Source of the DNA: Patescibacteria group bacterium
GTDB lineage: Bacteria; Patescibacteriota; Minisyncoccia; JAHIHE01; JAGLIN01
Reading direction: 5' to 3'
Assembly (NCBI GenBank): GCA_041670805.1
Contig: JBAXYM010000003.1
Span: 16,406 to 80,405 of the forward strand
Length of the DNA stretch: 64,000 nucleotides
The translations under genes were made by a program, and so were the position numbers. The notes below the pieces were generated by a model. That model made no database searches. It worked only from the letters and a program-made list of their open reading frames with translations, and had not been told where the DNA came from. Positions 1-9,295 of this stretch are shown piece by piece (the first letter of the stretch is position 1; the number at the start of each line of letters is the position of its first letter).

Positions 1-83
1 AAATGGTGTGGTCCATGGTCCGTAATTCATAATTCAAAACACGCCGAGTGTGTTAGGGCTGTCTGCTCGGTTAAGACGTATGG
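1..83. repeat. Truncated/degenerate copy of the MITE/REP-doublet family (right part)
   Basis: CATAATTCAAAACACGCCGAGTGTGTTA...TGTCT matches CATAATTCAAAATACGCCGGGTGTGTTA...TGTCT in the 56069-56301 element; cut by the window edge. Confidence 0.6.
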
Positions 84-86
84 ATC

Positions 87-116
87 GGGATCCTTCGGAG
101 TACCTCAGGATGACAC
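87..116. repeat. GTCAT/ATGAC-type palindromic repeat, half unit
   Basis: CGGGATCCTTCGGAGTACCTCAGGATGACA; near-identical copy at ~657-686. Confidence 0.75.
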
Positions 117-144
117 AAAAAAATCAAAAATAACTTTCAATCAT

Positions 145-600
145 ATGCAATTCAGCGTTCCGCAATTTATTGACGTAGAAGACAAAATCGTTGGGCCTTT
201 GACCGGCAAGCAGACTATTTATCTGATTTTGGGAGGGGGAATTCTGCTCTTGGCTTTCACTTTTTTTAATATTATATTCGCTATAGTCATTTCCATAATT
301 GTCGCTCCTCTGACGTTGGCGTTCGCTTTTTATCGTCCGAAAGGCATAAGTCTTTCCAGCTATGCGGGAAATGTTTTGGAATATTTTACGACCAACCATC
401 TTTATCTTTGGAGGAGAGACCCCACGATGACGATGTATAAGATGGTGCAGAAAAAACATATTGTTGTTGCGGAAGAGCCTGCCAAACATGTTCCTCGCAG
501 CAGAATTCGCGATCTTGCCAATCTTTTGGATACCAGCGCCGCTGTCAGTATGCCGTACGAAGCGCAGACGAGGCCGGACGAGAATATTTTCAGGAGATAA
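145..600 (+). CDS. PrgI family membrane protein
   Basis: N-terminal MQFSVPQFIDVEDKIVGPLT motif and two hydrophobic helices; upstream of a VirB4-like ATPase. Confidence 0.85.
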   Translation: MQFSVPQFIDVEDKIVGPLTGKQTIYLILGGGILLLAFTFFNIIFAIVISIIVAPLTLAFAFYRPKGISLSSYAGNVLEYFTTNHLYLWRRDPTMTMYKMVQKKHIVVAEEPAKHVPRSRIRDLANLLDTSAAVSMPYEAQTRPDENIFRR

Positions 601-656
601 ATGGGGTGTGCTATTCCGAAGAATTTTGCAATAAAAAGATTTGTGCGGAATAGTTT

Positions 657-686
657 CGGGATCCTTCGGAGTATCTCAGGATGACA
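657..686. repeat. GTCAT/ATGAC-type palindromic repeat, half unit
   Basis: CGGGATCCTTCGGAGTATCTCAGGATGACA, one mismatch to the copy near 87-116. Confidence 0.75.
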
Positions 687-796
687 AAGGCGGCGGGCAA
701 TGCATGGAATTAGAAAAGAAGAAAGAGAGAAAGTTGCAGTTTTGAGAGAGGAAGACTTCAACTTTAGATTTTTCTTAAATTCTAACAGCTTTTATT

Positions 797-1477
797 ATGT
801 CAATGTCCACTCCGGAGAAGCAGGACCAAAAAGGGCAAAGCTCGCAAAAATATCTTGAGATCAGCGAAATTAAAGATAATGTGGTCGTTATGAAAAACGG
901 CAGTTTGCGGGGGGTGTTGATGGTCTCTTCCATAAATTTCGCGCTTAAGTCTATCGACGAACAGGACGGTATAATCTACCGCTATCAGAGTTTTCTCAAC
1001 TCTTTGGATTTCTCGGTTCAAATTGTCATTAATTCCCGGCGCCTCAATATTGACACTTATCTTGATGCCTTGCGCGAGGAAGAAAAGAAACAAGCCAATG
1101 ATCTTTTGCGTATGCAGATTTCGAGCTATATCGAGTATATCAACGGGTTGGTGAAAATGGCTAATATCGTGGCCAAGACTTTTTATATCGTCGTTCCCTT
1201 TTCTCTGGCGGAATCCAAGGATGGGAATATTGCGGCGAAAGTTTCTTCCGTCGCCAACGCGCCGCAAATTATGGCTAATCGAAAGAATTTTGAGAAGTAT
1301 CGCGATCAGCTTTTCCAGAGAGTTGATCACGTCGTGGAAAATTTAAGCGGGGCGGGGTTGCGGATGACGATGCTTAATACTCAGGAATTGATCGAGCTTT
1401 ATTACAATTTATATAATCCGGAATCTGTTGAGAAAAAAGGGCTGCCGGATATCGGGGATCTTGATCTGGCCCAGTAG
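797..1477 (+). CDS. TraC/VirB4 N-terminal-like T4SS-associated protein
   Basis: VSSINFALKS..EQ..II..YQSFLNSLDF motif; lies between PrgI and VirB4. Confidence 0.7.
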   Translation: MSMSTPEKQDQKGQSSQKYLEISEIKDNVVVMKNGSLRGVLMVSSINFALKSIDEQDGIIYRYQSFLNSLDFSVQIVINSRRLNIDTYLDALREEEKKQANDLLRMQISSYIEYINGLVKMANIVAKTFYIVVPFSLAESKDGNIAAKVSSVANAPQIMANRKNFEKYRDQLFQRVDHVVENLSGAGLRMTMLNTQELIELYYNLYNPESVEKKGLPDIGDLDLAQ

Positions 1478-1516
1478 TAAAATTCATTTGTCGCGATGCA
1501 GTTTAGATGTTCTGCC

Positions 1517-1766
1517 TGTCATTGCGAGAAGACATTCCCTTTAGAAAAAACAATCAATACTTGTCATTTCGAAATGAGGTACTCCGATTGAGAAATCCGG
1601 GAATAACACTATGCAAATATAATTTTATTGTAAAAATAACATCAGCACAGCTTCGTGCATTTCCCAGATCTCTCAGTCGAGTACTCCTTCGACAAATAAT
1701 AGAGTCAGTCAAGCTCCGGTATCGGGATTGCCACGTCGCCCGGAGTACCGGCTCCTTGCAATGACA
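1517..1766. repeat. Nested GTCAT...ATGAC palindromic repeat
   Basis: TGTCATTGC...GCAATGACA outer inverted repeat; inner TGTCATTTCG...GGTACTCCG unit; GGAGTAC loop motif. Confidence 0.65.
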
Positions 1767-1870
1767 AACGGTATCAATCGCACAAGTCCTTAAGATAGGC
1801 AGCAGCAGGATGGCTATGGCATTGATTTAGCTGATTTGATATAATTCATAATAGATAAAACAAAAATAAT

Positions 1871-3718
1871 ATGGGAATTTTAGATGCAATAAAACCGGCG
1901 AAGAAGCTGCTGGGCGCTCCTAAGGCGCAGACCAGTGAGGAAAAAACGGACCTCTTGGAGTCGGAAAAACTTTATCAGCGCGGGCTGGCGACCTTTAAGG
2001 ACATTATCGCGCCGTCCGTCTTTCAAATTACGCCGTCTTATGTGAGGATCAACAACAAGTTGGCTTCCACTCTTTTTGTTTACGCTTATCCTCGTTATTT
2101 GCAGACCAGCTGGTTCTCGCCTATTATCAATTTGGATTCCACTTTCGATGTGGCGATGTTCATTCATCCGCAAAATACCGTCGACGTTTTGAAGCAACTG
2201 CGCAAGGTGGTAACCCGCATACAGTCGCAGATTTCCATCAATGAAGACAAAGGAATGGTGCGCGACCCGGTACTGGAAACCGCTTATCAGGATGTGGAAA
2301 ATTTGCGAGACGATCTGCAGCAGGGCATAGAACATTTTTTTCAATTCGGGCTGTACATCACTCTTTATGGAGACACCGAGGAAGAAGTGCACAAAGCGGA
2401 GTTGCAAGTCGAGGCGATTTTGGAGGCCAAGTTGGTATATATGAAAGATGCGACGATGCAAATGGAGAAAGCTTTTAATTCCACCTTGCCGCTTGCCAAC
2501 GACAAGCTGATGATCGGGAACAATATGAATACCTCTCCCCTTTCCACGACGTTTCCTTTTGTTTCGAGCGATCTTACTTCCAATCAGGGTATTCTGTATG
2601 GCATCAACCGCCATAACAACAGTTTGATACTCTTCGACCGCTTCTCGATGGAAAATGCCAATATGGTGATTTTTGCTAAATCCGGCGCCGGAAAAAGTTA
2701 TATGGTAAAATTGGAAATACTGAGAAGTTTGATGCTCGGCACCGAAGTCATCGCGATTGATCCGGAAAACGAATACAAGCATCTATGCGAAATGACCGGA
2801 GGAACTTTTATGAAAATCTCGCTTTCTTCCAAAAATCACATCAATCCTTTTGACTTGCCGACCGCGCTGGAAGACGAGGATCCGGGAGACGTTCTTCGTT
2901 CGGCCATCGTGAACGTGTCGGGACTGCTGAAGGTGATGCTGGGAGAAATCACTCCGGAAGAGGATTCCATTTTGGACAAAGCAATCACTGAGAGTTATGC
3001 CATTAAAGACATTACCGTCGAATCTGATTTTACAAAGATGGAGCCGCCGACGATGACTGAGCTGCAAATGGTGCTGGAAAATATGGTGGGAGCGGAGAGC
3101 TTGGCTGCGCGGGTCAAAAAATATACGGAAGGAACTTTTGCGGGATTCTTGAATCACAAAACCAACATTGATCCGGATAATAAATTTGTTGTTTTCAATA
3201 TCCGCGACATGGAAGACGATTTGCGGCCGGTGGCGATGTATCTTGTGCTCCACTTTATCTGGAATATGATCCGGTCCGAGAGGAAGAAGCGGATTTTGGT
3301 GGTGGACGAGGCGTGGTGGATGATGCAGCATGAGGATGCCGCCTCTTTCCTCTTCGGAATTGCCAAGCGGTGCCGGAAATATTTTTTGGGACTTACCACT
3401 ATTACGCAGGATGTTACCGATTTTATGGGTTCCAAATACGGCAAACCGATTGTGACCAACTCTTCCATTCAGCTTTTGCTCAAACAATCCCCTGCGGGCA
3501 TCAAAGTGATCGTGGATACGTTCTTCCTGACGGACGAGGAAAAGTTTTTGCTCTTGGAGAGTAATGTCGGAGAAGGGATTTTCTTCGCCGGTCCCAAGCG
3601 TGCGGCAATCAAAATCGTAGCCTCTTATTCCGAGGATCAGATCATCACTTCCGATCCGGCACAGCTCTTGGAAATCGAAAAGGCCAAACAGGAGCTGTCG
3701 GGAGTGGCTGATATGTAA
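1871..3718 (+). CDS. VirB4/TraE-like type IV secretion ATPase
   Basis: Walker A AKSGAGKS, IDPENEY, Walker B ILVVDEAW, ITQ motif. Confidence 0.9.
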   Translation: MGILDAIKPAKKLLGAPKAQTSEEKTDLLESEKLYQRGLATFKDIIAPSVFQITPSYVRINNKLASTLFVYAYPRYLQTSWFSPIINLDSTFDVAMFIHPQNTVDVLKQLRKVVTRIQSQISINEDKGMVRDPVLETAYQDVENLRDDLQQGIEHFFQFGLYITLYGDTEEEVHKAELQVEAILEAKLVYMKDATMQMEKAFNSTLPLANDKLMIGNNMNTSPLSTTFPFVSSDLTSNQGILYGINRHNNSLILFDRFSMENANMVIFAKSGAGKSYMVKLEILRSLMLGTEVIAIDPENEYKHLCEMTGGTFMKISLSSKNHINPFDLPTALEDEDPGDVLRSAIVNVSGLLKVMLGEITPEEDSILDKAITESYAIKDITVESDFTKMEPPTMTELQMVLENMVGAESLAARVKKYTEGTFAGFLNHKTNIDPDNKFVVFNIRDMEDDLRPVAMYLVLHFIWNMIRSERKKRILVVDEAWWMMQHEDAASFLFGIAKRCRKYFLGLTTITQDVTDFMGSKYGKPIVTNSSIQLLLKQSPAGIKVIVDTFFLTDEEKFLLLESNVGEGIFFAGPKRAAIKIVASYSEDQIITSDPAQLLEIEKAKQELSGVADM

Positions 3719-3738
3719 TCTATAGTTTTTGAAATATT

Positions 3739-4809
3739 ATGCCAGAAGGCGAAGAAAAACAACAACAAACAGGAGCAAACAAGACGGCGAAAACATTCGG
3801 GTCGCCTTTTGGTGCGCTTTCGGGCAGTGACAACAGACAGCCGGACCTGAGTTCGGAAGATAAAAATAAAATCGAAGCGAAAGTTTCGGCAAGGACTCTG
3901 GAGAAAAAGGGGGCGTCAAAAAGAGGAGGGGCTTTAGGCGAAACACCCGGGGGCTTTAGGGCGAATGAAGATTTGTCGGACAAGATAAGAACCGACTCAG
4001 CGAGAAGAGGAAACTCCGAAAAAGAGGATGGTATAGCGCAATCGGATACTCAATCAAATTCCACGAATCCGATTTCGGAGGAGCAGTACAACAAAAACCA
4101 AGCGGAAGGAATAATGAATAAACCTCAAAGCGTCAGAAGTGTGCGTGAAGAAATGCAAAAAAGAAATATGCAATCCAATCCGCATCTTTTTCAGCGCCGT
4201 GGGAAAAATGGCGAGGTCGGAATGGGAAGACCGGTGTCTTTTTCCAATTCCAAGGGCATTGGCCCTAATGCGGTTATCGGATCGGAGAATAGGAGGTTGC
4301 CGGAATCCGGAACGTCGAGGACAACATCAGGTGCCATTTCCGGCGGAGGAGCGCAGAGAGCGGAAAATTCCACTGAAAGACGGCGGAAGGAAATGGATCT
4401 CAAGGGGAGAAAAAGGCTGGCTGAAAAATTTAAGACTAGAATGGCATCTTTGCAAGGAGGCCATGAAGAAATCAGCAGCTTTGATTATTTTTTGCTTTTT
4501 ATGATTTTTGCAATTTCGGTGGCAGCGGATATTCTGGATCTGGTTATAGATCTAACCGGCGTAGGCGCTTTTTTTGCTCCCATTATGAGTCTGTTTACGA
4601 CGATTATTTTGGCCATTTTATGGTGGGTGGTTGGCGGAGAGTACCGGGCAAAAAATTTGAAGGGACTGGGTGTCGCGACTTTTGTAGAAGCCATACCTCT
4701 CGTAGATCTTTTGCCAACCAATACTTTCGAGTCCGTTAAAGCTCTCATGCTTATGATAAGCGGTAAAAAAGCAGGGAAAGCGGCAAGTAATGGAAATTCT
4801 TTCTTTTAA
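3739..4809 (+). CDS. Hypothetical membrane protein (low-complexity N-terminus, C-terminal TM helices)
   Basis: 356-aa ORF 20 bp after virB4-like gene; hydrophobic C-terminus with EAIPLVDLLP. Confidence 0.7.
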   Translation: MPEGEEKQQQTGANKTAKTFGSPFGALSGSDNRQPDLSSEDKNKIEAKVSARTLEKKGASKRGGALGETPGGFRANEDLSDKIRTDSARRGNSEKEDGIAQSDTQSNSTNPISEEQYNKNQAEGIMNKPQSVRSVREEMQKRNMQSNPHLFQRRGKNGEVGMGRPVSFSNSKGIGPNAVIGSENRRLPESGTSRTTSGAISGGGAQRAENSTERRRKEMDLKGRKRLAEKFKTRMASLQGGHEEISSFDYFLLFMIFAISVAADILDLVIDLTGVGAFFAPIMSLFTTIILAILWWVVGGEYRAKNLKGLGVATFVEAIPLVDLLPTNTFESVKALMLMISGKKAGKAASNGNSFF

Positions 4810-4975
4810 TCCGCGTCTTTTATGGATGTATGATGGCTACTGGTCCTTATCTGTTTACCGTCGATTTCGCATTGATTTACCGTGTATGATGAACTCAATG
4901 ATGAAGTTAAGAAAAATTTTCTTGATTTCTCAGTGAAGTTATTAAACAGTCAGATTAAAATCTAATAATACGAAA

Positions 4976-6385
4976 ATGAAAAAGAATGCTCTTGCGGTCT
5001 TTTTGGCGATGTCCGTGTTTTGGGCGTCCGGGGTCTATGCCGCCGATACCCCTGCCCCTGTCCCTACCACTACGGGATACGAACCTTTAGTGAAAATTCC
5101 GGGAGTTCCCGATGGAGTCGTGGATATATCAAAATATATCATAGGAATATATGATTTTCTTTTGAGTATTGTCGGAATCGTGGCGGTGGCGATGTTGATT
5201 ATCGGGGGGATGAAATATATTACCGCGGCCGGAAGCGGCGGTGCAGTGTCCAGCGCCAAAGAAACTATCAAGGACGCTCTCTTGGGTCTTGTTTTGGCGC
5301 TGCTTTCCGCCGTAATTGTGAGCACTATCAACCCCGATGTACTTTATTTGCGCCAACCGGGGGCGGCCTTGACGAAGGATAATACAATTTCTTCCAGTGC
5401 CAGCGGGACTTTCACTACTAACCAGGATGGGACTGTCACCTACACCAGCCTTGAAGGGTATGAAAGAAAAATGAGCAAGGAGTCGGCGGATAAGGTGAGG
5501 TCAGGGGAAATAAAAGTTGAGTTTAACGCAAACGAGAAACTTGCGGCGATGAAGAAAAATTTGTCTTGTATCGCTCCCGGTTCTCCTTCCGGCAACAGTG
5601 ATCCCAGTTATAGGCAAAGCGGCGGAAAATGTACTTGTATAACCGGGTATGAGGCTATTTTGCCCGAGGGGCAGACCAACTGTAATGTGGTGTGTGAAAA
5701 TGCAAATGCGTGCGGATATAAATTCATTTCGATCAATCTTAACGCCAGACATGGTTATACCCAAAATGAGAGTTCTAAAGAGGCCGGCGATGCCGTTACC
5801 GACACCGACACCGCTGACAGTTCCGATACGGATACTGTTTCCAATCTTCCTGAATATGATCTGACTAATGATGCCCAAATACACTCCGATGAGTTATTGG
5901 AGATGGAGGGAACCAATGATTCGACTTGGGGGGATTTCAATATTGTTTATGATACAATCGAGAAGAGGCAAAATTTACAAACGGGAAAATGGGAAGAGAT
6001 AAAGCTTGATGCACCTAAGCGATACGTGGAGACCGGTACGGAAATTTATCCTTGCGCCATTTTGGTGACGAATGATAAAGAAAAAAGCAGTGATGATCAA
6101 CATTTTGTTTATTGGGTGCCACTGGGAACGACGGTGGGCGAAAATAACAATCTTTTTGCTGATATTAAGGGCGGATATAGAGGAGGGTGCGAAAAGGATA
6201 AGCCCGGGTATTATAATATCGTTGCAGGGTCTTGTGATCAAGCATGGACGGATCGTGTTATGCTGGCTAAATATTCAGATAAAGTGACGGACAAGTGTAC
6301 GTTTTGTGATTTGGCGGAAGGAGAAGACGAAAAGATTTATCGTTTCGAGAATACATATACTTGCAAAAGCGGTTATTGGCAATAA
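4976..6385 (+). CDS. VirB2/TrbC-type pilin-domain protein with Cys-rich extracellular extension
   Basis: Signal peptide; GGMKYITAAG..AKETIKDALLGL pilin motif; many Cys residues in the C-terminal part. Confidence 0.8.
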   Translation: MKKNALAVFLAMSVFWASGVYAADTPAPVPTTTGYEPLVKIPGVPDGVVDISKYIIGIYDFLLSIVGIVAVAMLIIGGMKYITAAGSGGAVSSAKETIKDALLGLVLALLSAVIVSTINPDVLYLRQPGAALTKDNTISSSASGTFTTNQDGTVTYTSLEGYERKMSKESADKVRSGEIKVEFNANEKLAAMKKNLSCIAPGSPSGNSDPSYRQSGGKCTCITGYEAILPEGQTNCNVVCENANACGYKFISINLNARHGYTQNESSKEAGDAVTDTDTADSSDTDTVSNLPEYDLTNDAQIHSDELLEMEGTNDSTWGDFNIVYDTIEKRQNLQTGKWEEIKLDAPKRYVETGTEIYPCAILVTNDKEKSSDDQHFVYWVPLGTTVGENNNLFADIKGGYRGGCEKDKPGYYNIVAGSCDQAWTDRVMLAKYSDKVTDKCTFCDLAEGEDEKIYRFENTYTCKSGYWQ

Positions 6386-6732
6386 TGTTTTAGAGTTCTA
6401 TGTGCAATAATTAAACCGACATTTGGATTACACCGGATAGCGCGAAATATGGAGTGGAATGTTTCTTATACGGTACTTATGCTATTTCCAGTGCGGTTCA
6501 CCTATGGTTTTTAACAGATACGGACAGGGCACTTCTTCCAGCCCGATTATCTTCAGAGCTATTTCATCAAACCTATCAAATAATATTTTTGTCATTCCAG
6601 TAGGAATCCCTTGAATGATATTTATTTGCATATGATACTATTTAGCTTATAATGTATGGATTAAGGGATCTTTACGTTGATCTCTCGCCTGTGCACCTCC
6701 CGACGCTTATATCTATTGCTTTCTAAAAAACC

Positions 6733-6860
6733 GTCATCCCGGAATTTGCGCAGCAAATATCCGGGATCCCGTTACCAAGTCGGTGGAAATGAAATACAAT
6801 ACTTGTCCTGCATAGCTACGGGATTCCGGATATTTCGGAGTACCGAAATTCCGGAATGAC
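6733..6860. repeat. Complete GTCAT...ATGAC palindromic repeat
   Basis: GTCATCCCGGAATTT...ATATCCGGGATCCC / GGGATTCCGGATATTTCGGAGTACCGAAATTCCGGAATGAC inverted arms. Confidence 0.8.
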
Positions 6861-6915
6861 AGATATTTGACGGATGTCTATTCTTTGGTATAACTTGCTA
6901 GTTTAAGAAATCCAA

Positions 6916-6955
6916 TCAATAAAAACTCAACCGTTCACGGTTGAGTTTTTATTGA
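6916..6955. terminator. Bidirectional intrinsic terminator
   Basis: Perfect inverted repeat TCAATAAAAACTCAACCG-TTCA-CGGTTGAGTTTTTATTGA. Confidence 0.8.
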
Positions 6956-7047
6956 AGGTTAGGAACAGGGAAGATGGTCCCGAAAGACCGGTTTTGGTAG
7001 AAAATTTTTGCCCATCGAACGCTTGCGGAAGAGGAGGAGACTCACCT

Positions 7048-7400
7048 AGCTATTCGGCAATATATGATTTTCCAAATCACACAAACAGTGCTGCCTCGCT
7101 CTGACGTAGTTCGTTGTATTTTGAATTATGGATTTTGAATTTATGGACCACATCAGAAATGATGTGAACCAAGCAAGGCAAAACGTTCTTGCGTAACATT
7201 CCACACCATCTCTGGTGTGGTCCGGATGCAAGAATGCATTTCTGGATTTCGAATTGTGAATTTCCGTATTTCGGATCACATCAGAAATGATGTGAACCAC
7301 GCGGGAGAGAACGTTCTTGCGTAACACTTCACACCATTTCTGGTGTGATCCGAATGCAAAGATGGCGTCTATTGTAAACACCACATTTTGCGTATGAGCG
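7048..7400. mobile_element. Aged MITE with two internal REP-like doublets
   Basis: Right end (revcomp CGCTCATACGCAAAATGTGGT) resembles the TIR of 56069-56301; degenerate left TIR; flanks ACTCACCT/ATTTACCC (5/8 identical, all differences transitions); doublets at ~7145-7230 and ~7273-7360. Confidence 0.65.
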
Positions 7401-7500
7401 ATTTACCCTGCCAAGCATAAACTTCTCATCCCTCCTAAATGCGGAAGAGGAGGGATTTACCCGGCAGCGGGCATAAACTTCTCATCCCTCCTAAATGCGG
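7401..7500. repeat. Tandem ~55-bp repeats containing the tRNA-Ser 3' end
   Basis: GCATAAACTTCTCATCCCTCCTAAATGCGG occurs twice; GCGGAAGAGGAGGGATT at 7441-7457 equals 47909-47925; 13-bp copy at 7025-7037. Confidence 0.85.
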
Positions 7501-7974
7501 TGTAATCGGGTTAAGTACCCGTAACTTACAGTCAGTATAAGGCTTTTTAGGCGGTTTGGCTAGAAGGGGTTTTGAGGTACTCGGGTCGGGGTCTGAAATG
7601 GCAAAATGAGACAAATGAGACACTTTTAGTAGTTTTCAAATGTGTCCGATTAACCTATTTTTCCTCTATGATTAGCCGAAAAATTAGCGAGACACGATAA
7701 AAAACTGTGTCTCAATCATTATTGAATTTGCGTCTCCGAACAGAATCTGATAGTTAACTAAAAGTCCTAGCTTTAGTAAAAATTTCCGTTTCTTGACTAT
7801 TTTGCATTCTTGTTCTAAATTATAAGGATTATCTAATATTTAAAGTCTAGACTCATAGTTTTCGTATAACTAAGCCTATAGCCTGGACTTTATCCCCCAT
7901 GTTATTAAGATAAAGTCTAGGTATAAACAAAAAGGAGCTAGATAACCACGATACCCCCGAAAAATGTACTCGTA

Positions 7975-8667
7975 TTGTTTTCTGGAGGAAAAGATTCTTT
8001 TCTTGCAACATGCAACCTGGCAGAAAGAGGCTTTAAAGTATATATGGTTACATTTGAAAACGGAGCTGGGCTAGGATCAAACAATGTCGAACACGGTGCC
8101 AAAAGGATTATTGCGCATTATGGAAAAGATAAGGCTGAATTCCTCGGCGTACAATGTACCGCGGGAATATGGCGAGAGTTTTTCCTGCCATATCTAAATA
8201 TGAAGCCAAGCGAAGTAATCAAGGAATATGGCGAATTGACCGTCTCGCAATTTAACTGCCTAACATGCAGATCAGCAATGTATATCTGGTCTATTATTAA
8301 GGCAAAAGAAAAAGGAATAAATTACATTGCAGACGGGGCTCGAAAAGATCAGGGATTTGTGATAGAATTACCCTGTATGATAGAGAAATTCAAAGAACTC
8401 ATGTCCGAATTCTCTATTGAACTTTTACTGCCCGTATGGGATTTAAATTCCGGCTGGGAACAAAAAAATCTTTTATTGAGAAGAGGATTCATCCCAAAAA
8501 CGCTGGAATCACAGTGCTTGCTTGGAGCTCCGCTACCAGAGGACAAACAACCGGAAGAGGAAATACAACAAGCGGTAGCAAGATATTTTGAAAAAGTTAT
8601 CTTACCAAGAGCGAGGAATTTAATCTCTTCTGAGTTAGAAATCAGACTAGGAGGAAAAAATGAGTAA
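7975..8667 (+). CDS. PP-loop (QueC/ThiI-like) adenine-nucleotide alpha-hydrolase; true start probably slightly upstream
   Basis: SGGKDS PP-loop and CLTC motif; the in-frame strand NVLVL precedes the called TTG start. Confidence 0.75.
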   Translation: MFSGGKDSFLATCNLAERGFKVYMVTFENGAGLGSNNVEHGAKRIIAHYGKDKAEFLGVQCTAGIWREFFLPYLNMKPSEVIKEYGELTVSQFNCLTCRSAMYIWSIIKAKEKGINYIADGARKDQGFVIELPCMIEKFKELMSEFSIELLLPVWDLNSGWEQKNLLLRRGFIPKTLESQCLLGAPLPEDKQPEEEIQQAVARYFEKVILPRARNLISSELEIRLGGKNE

Positions 8668-9244
8668 AACAAAAACACAGACACAGGACAAAAGGAGCAG
8701 GAAATTTATTTTTATTCCTTTCTGTGTACTTTGCCAAGCCTTTCAGGCTCAAGGTATTGTCAGATATGATTTTTCTTCCGTAATGACTGACATTATAGAA
8801 GAAATAATGAAGCACGATCTGAATATAATTCAAATGCCTTGCCCCGAAAGCAAGCTGGGGGGATATAAAAACGGGTTGCAAAGACTTCCGCAAAGCATTA
8901 AAAAATATGATACTCCTGAATTCAGAGAAATTTGTATGAACTGCGCATCGGAGGTTATGGAGCAGATTAAAGCAATCCTAGAAAATGGATATGAAATAGC
9001 AGGTATTTTGGGAATAGAAAACTCTCCTTCATGTTCAATAAAATTGCAATATTCTAACAATGGTGCGTATCGTCAGCCGGGTATTTTTATTGAGGAATTA
9101 AAGAAACAACTTGAGCGAGATGGCATAGAGATTCCCTTACTAGGCATAAACCGAAGAGGAGTAGAAATAACATTAGTCAGGCTGAAACAGATGCTCGATA
9201 CAGATCAGGTATCTGTACAGCAAAAGAATTTGAATGAATTTTAA
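8660..9244 (+). CDS. TudS/DUF523-related (2-thiouracil desulfidase-like) Fe-S protein
   Basis: FCVLCQ, QMPCPE and GIENSPSC cysteine motifs; start overlaps the upstream stop. Confidence 0.7.
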   Translation: MSKTKTQTQDKRSRKFIFIPFCVLCQAFQAQGIVRYDFSSVMTDIIEEIMKHDLNIIQMPCPESKLGGYKNGLQRLPQSIKKYDTPEFREICMNCASEVMEQIKAILENGYEIAGILGIENSPSCSIKLQYSNNGAYRQPGIFIEELKKQLERDGIEIPLLGINRRGVEITLVRLKQMLDTDQVSVQQKNLNEF

Positions 9245-9295
9245 TTGCTAACATTATTTTTTGTTAGCTTTTTTATTTTATAATTTCCAACCAAT

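Noticed and set aside
145-3718. Conjugation module making the islands an ICE
   Set aside because: It lies outside the att cores, has host-like composition, and no relaxase or coupling protein is in view.
3928-3965. Short direct repeat GGGGCTTTAGG inside the 356-aa gene
   Set aside because: Only two copies in a low-complexity coding region; no further structure.
7145-7360. CRISPR array from the repeated ~80-bp units (also 62092-62328)
   Set aside because: Units are dispersed, occur at most in pairs and have conserved rather than unique spacers; no cas genes in the window.
7046-7384. ORFs sharing the peptide NVLSRVVHIISDVIRN (also 62187-62381 and the 62027-62146 extension)
   Set aside because: They are translations of the non-coding repeat; the glycosyltransferase has a better start at 62026.
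7441-7457. The 17-bp tRNA-end duplicate as the island's attL
   Set aside because: Comparison with the A/B junction places the boundary at GCGG 7497-7500; the 17-mer belongs to a host-side tandem repeat.
7435-7623. Paralogous small ORFs DPDPSTSKPLL (also 27571-27810)
   Set aside because: They cross the att junctions and their similarity follows from the conserved end DNA; a short peptide cannot be fully excluded.
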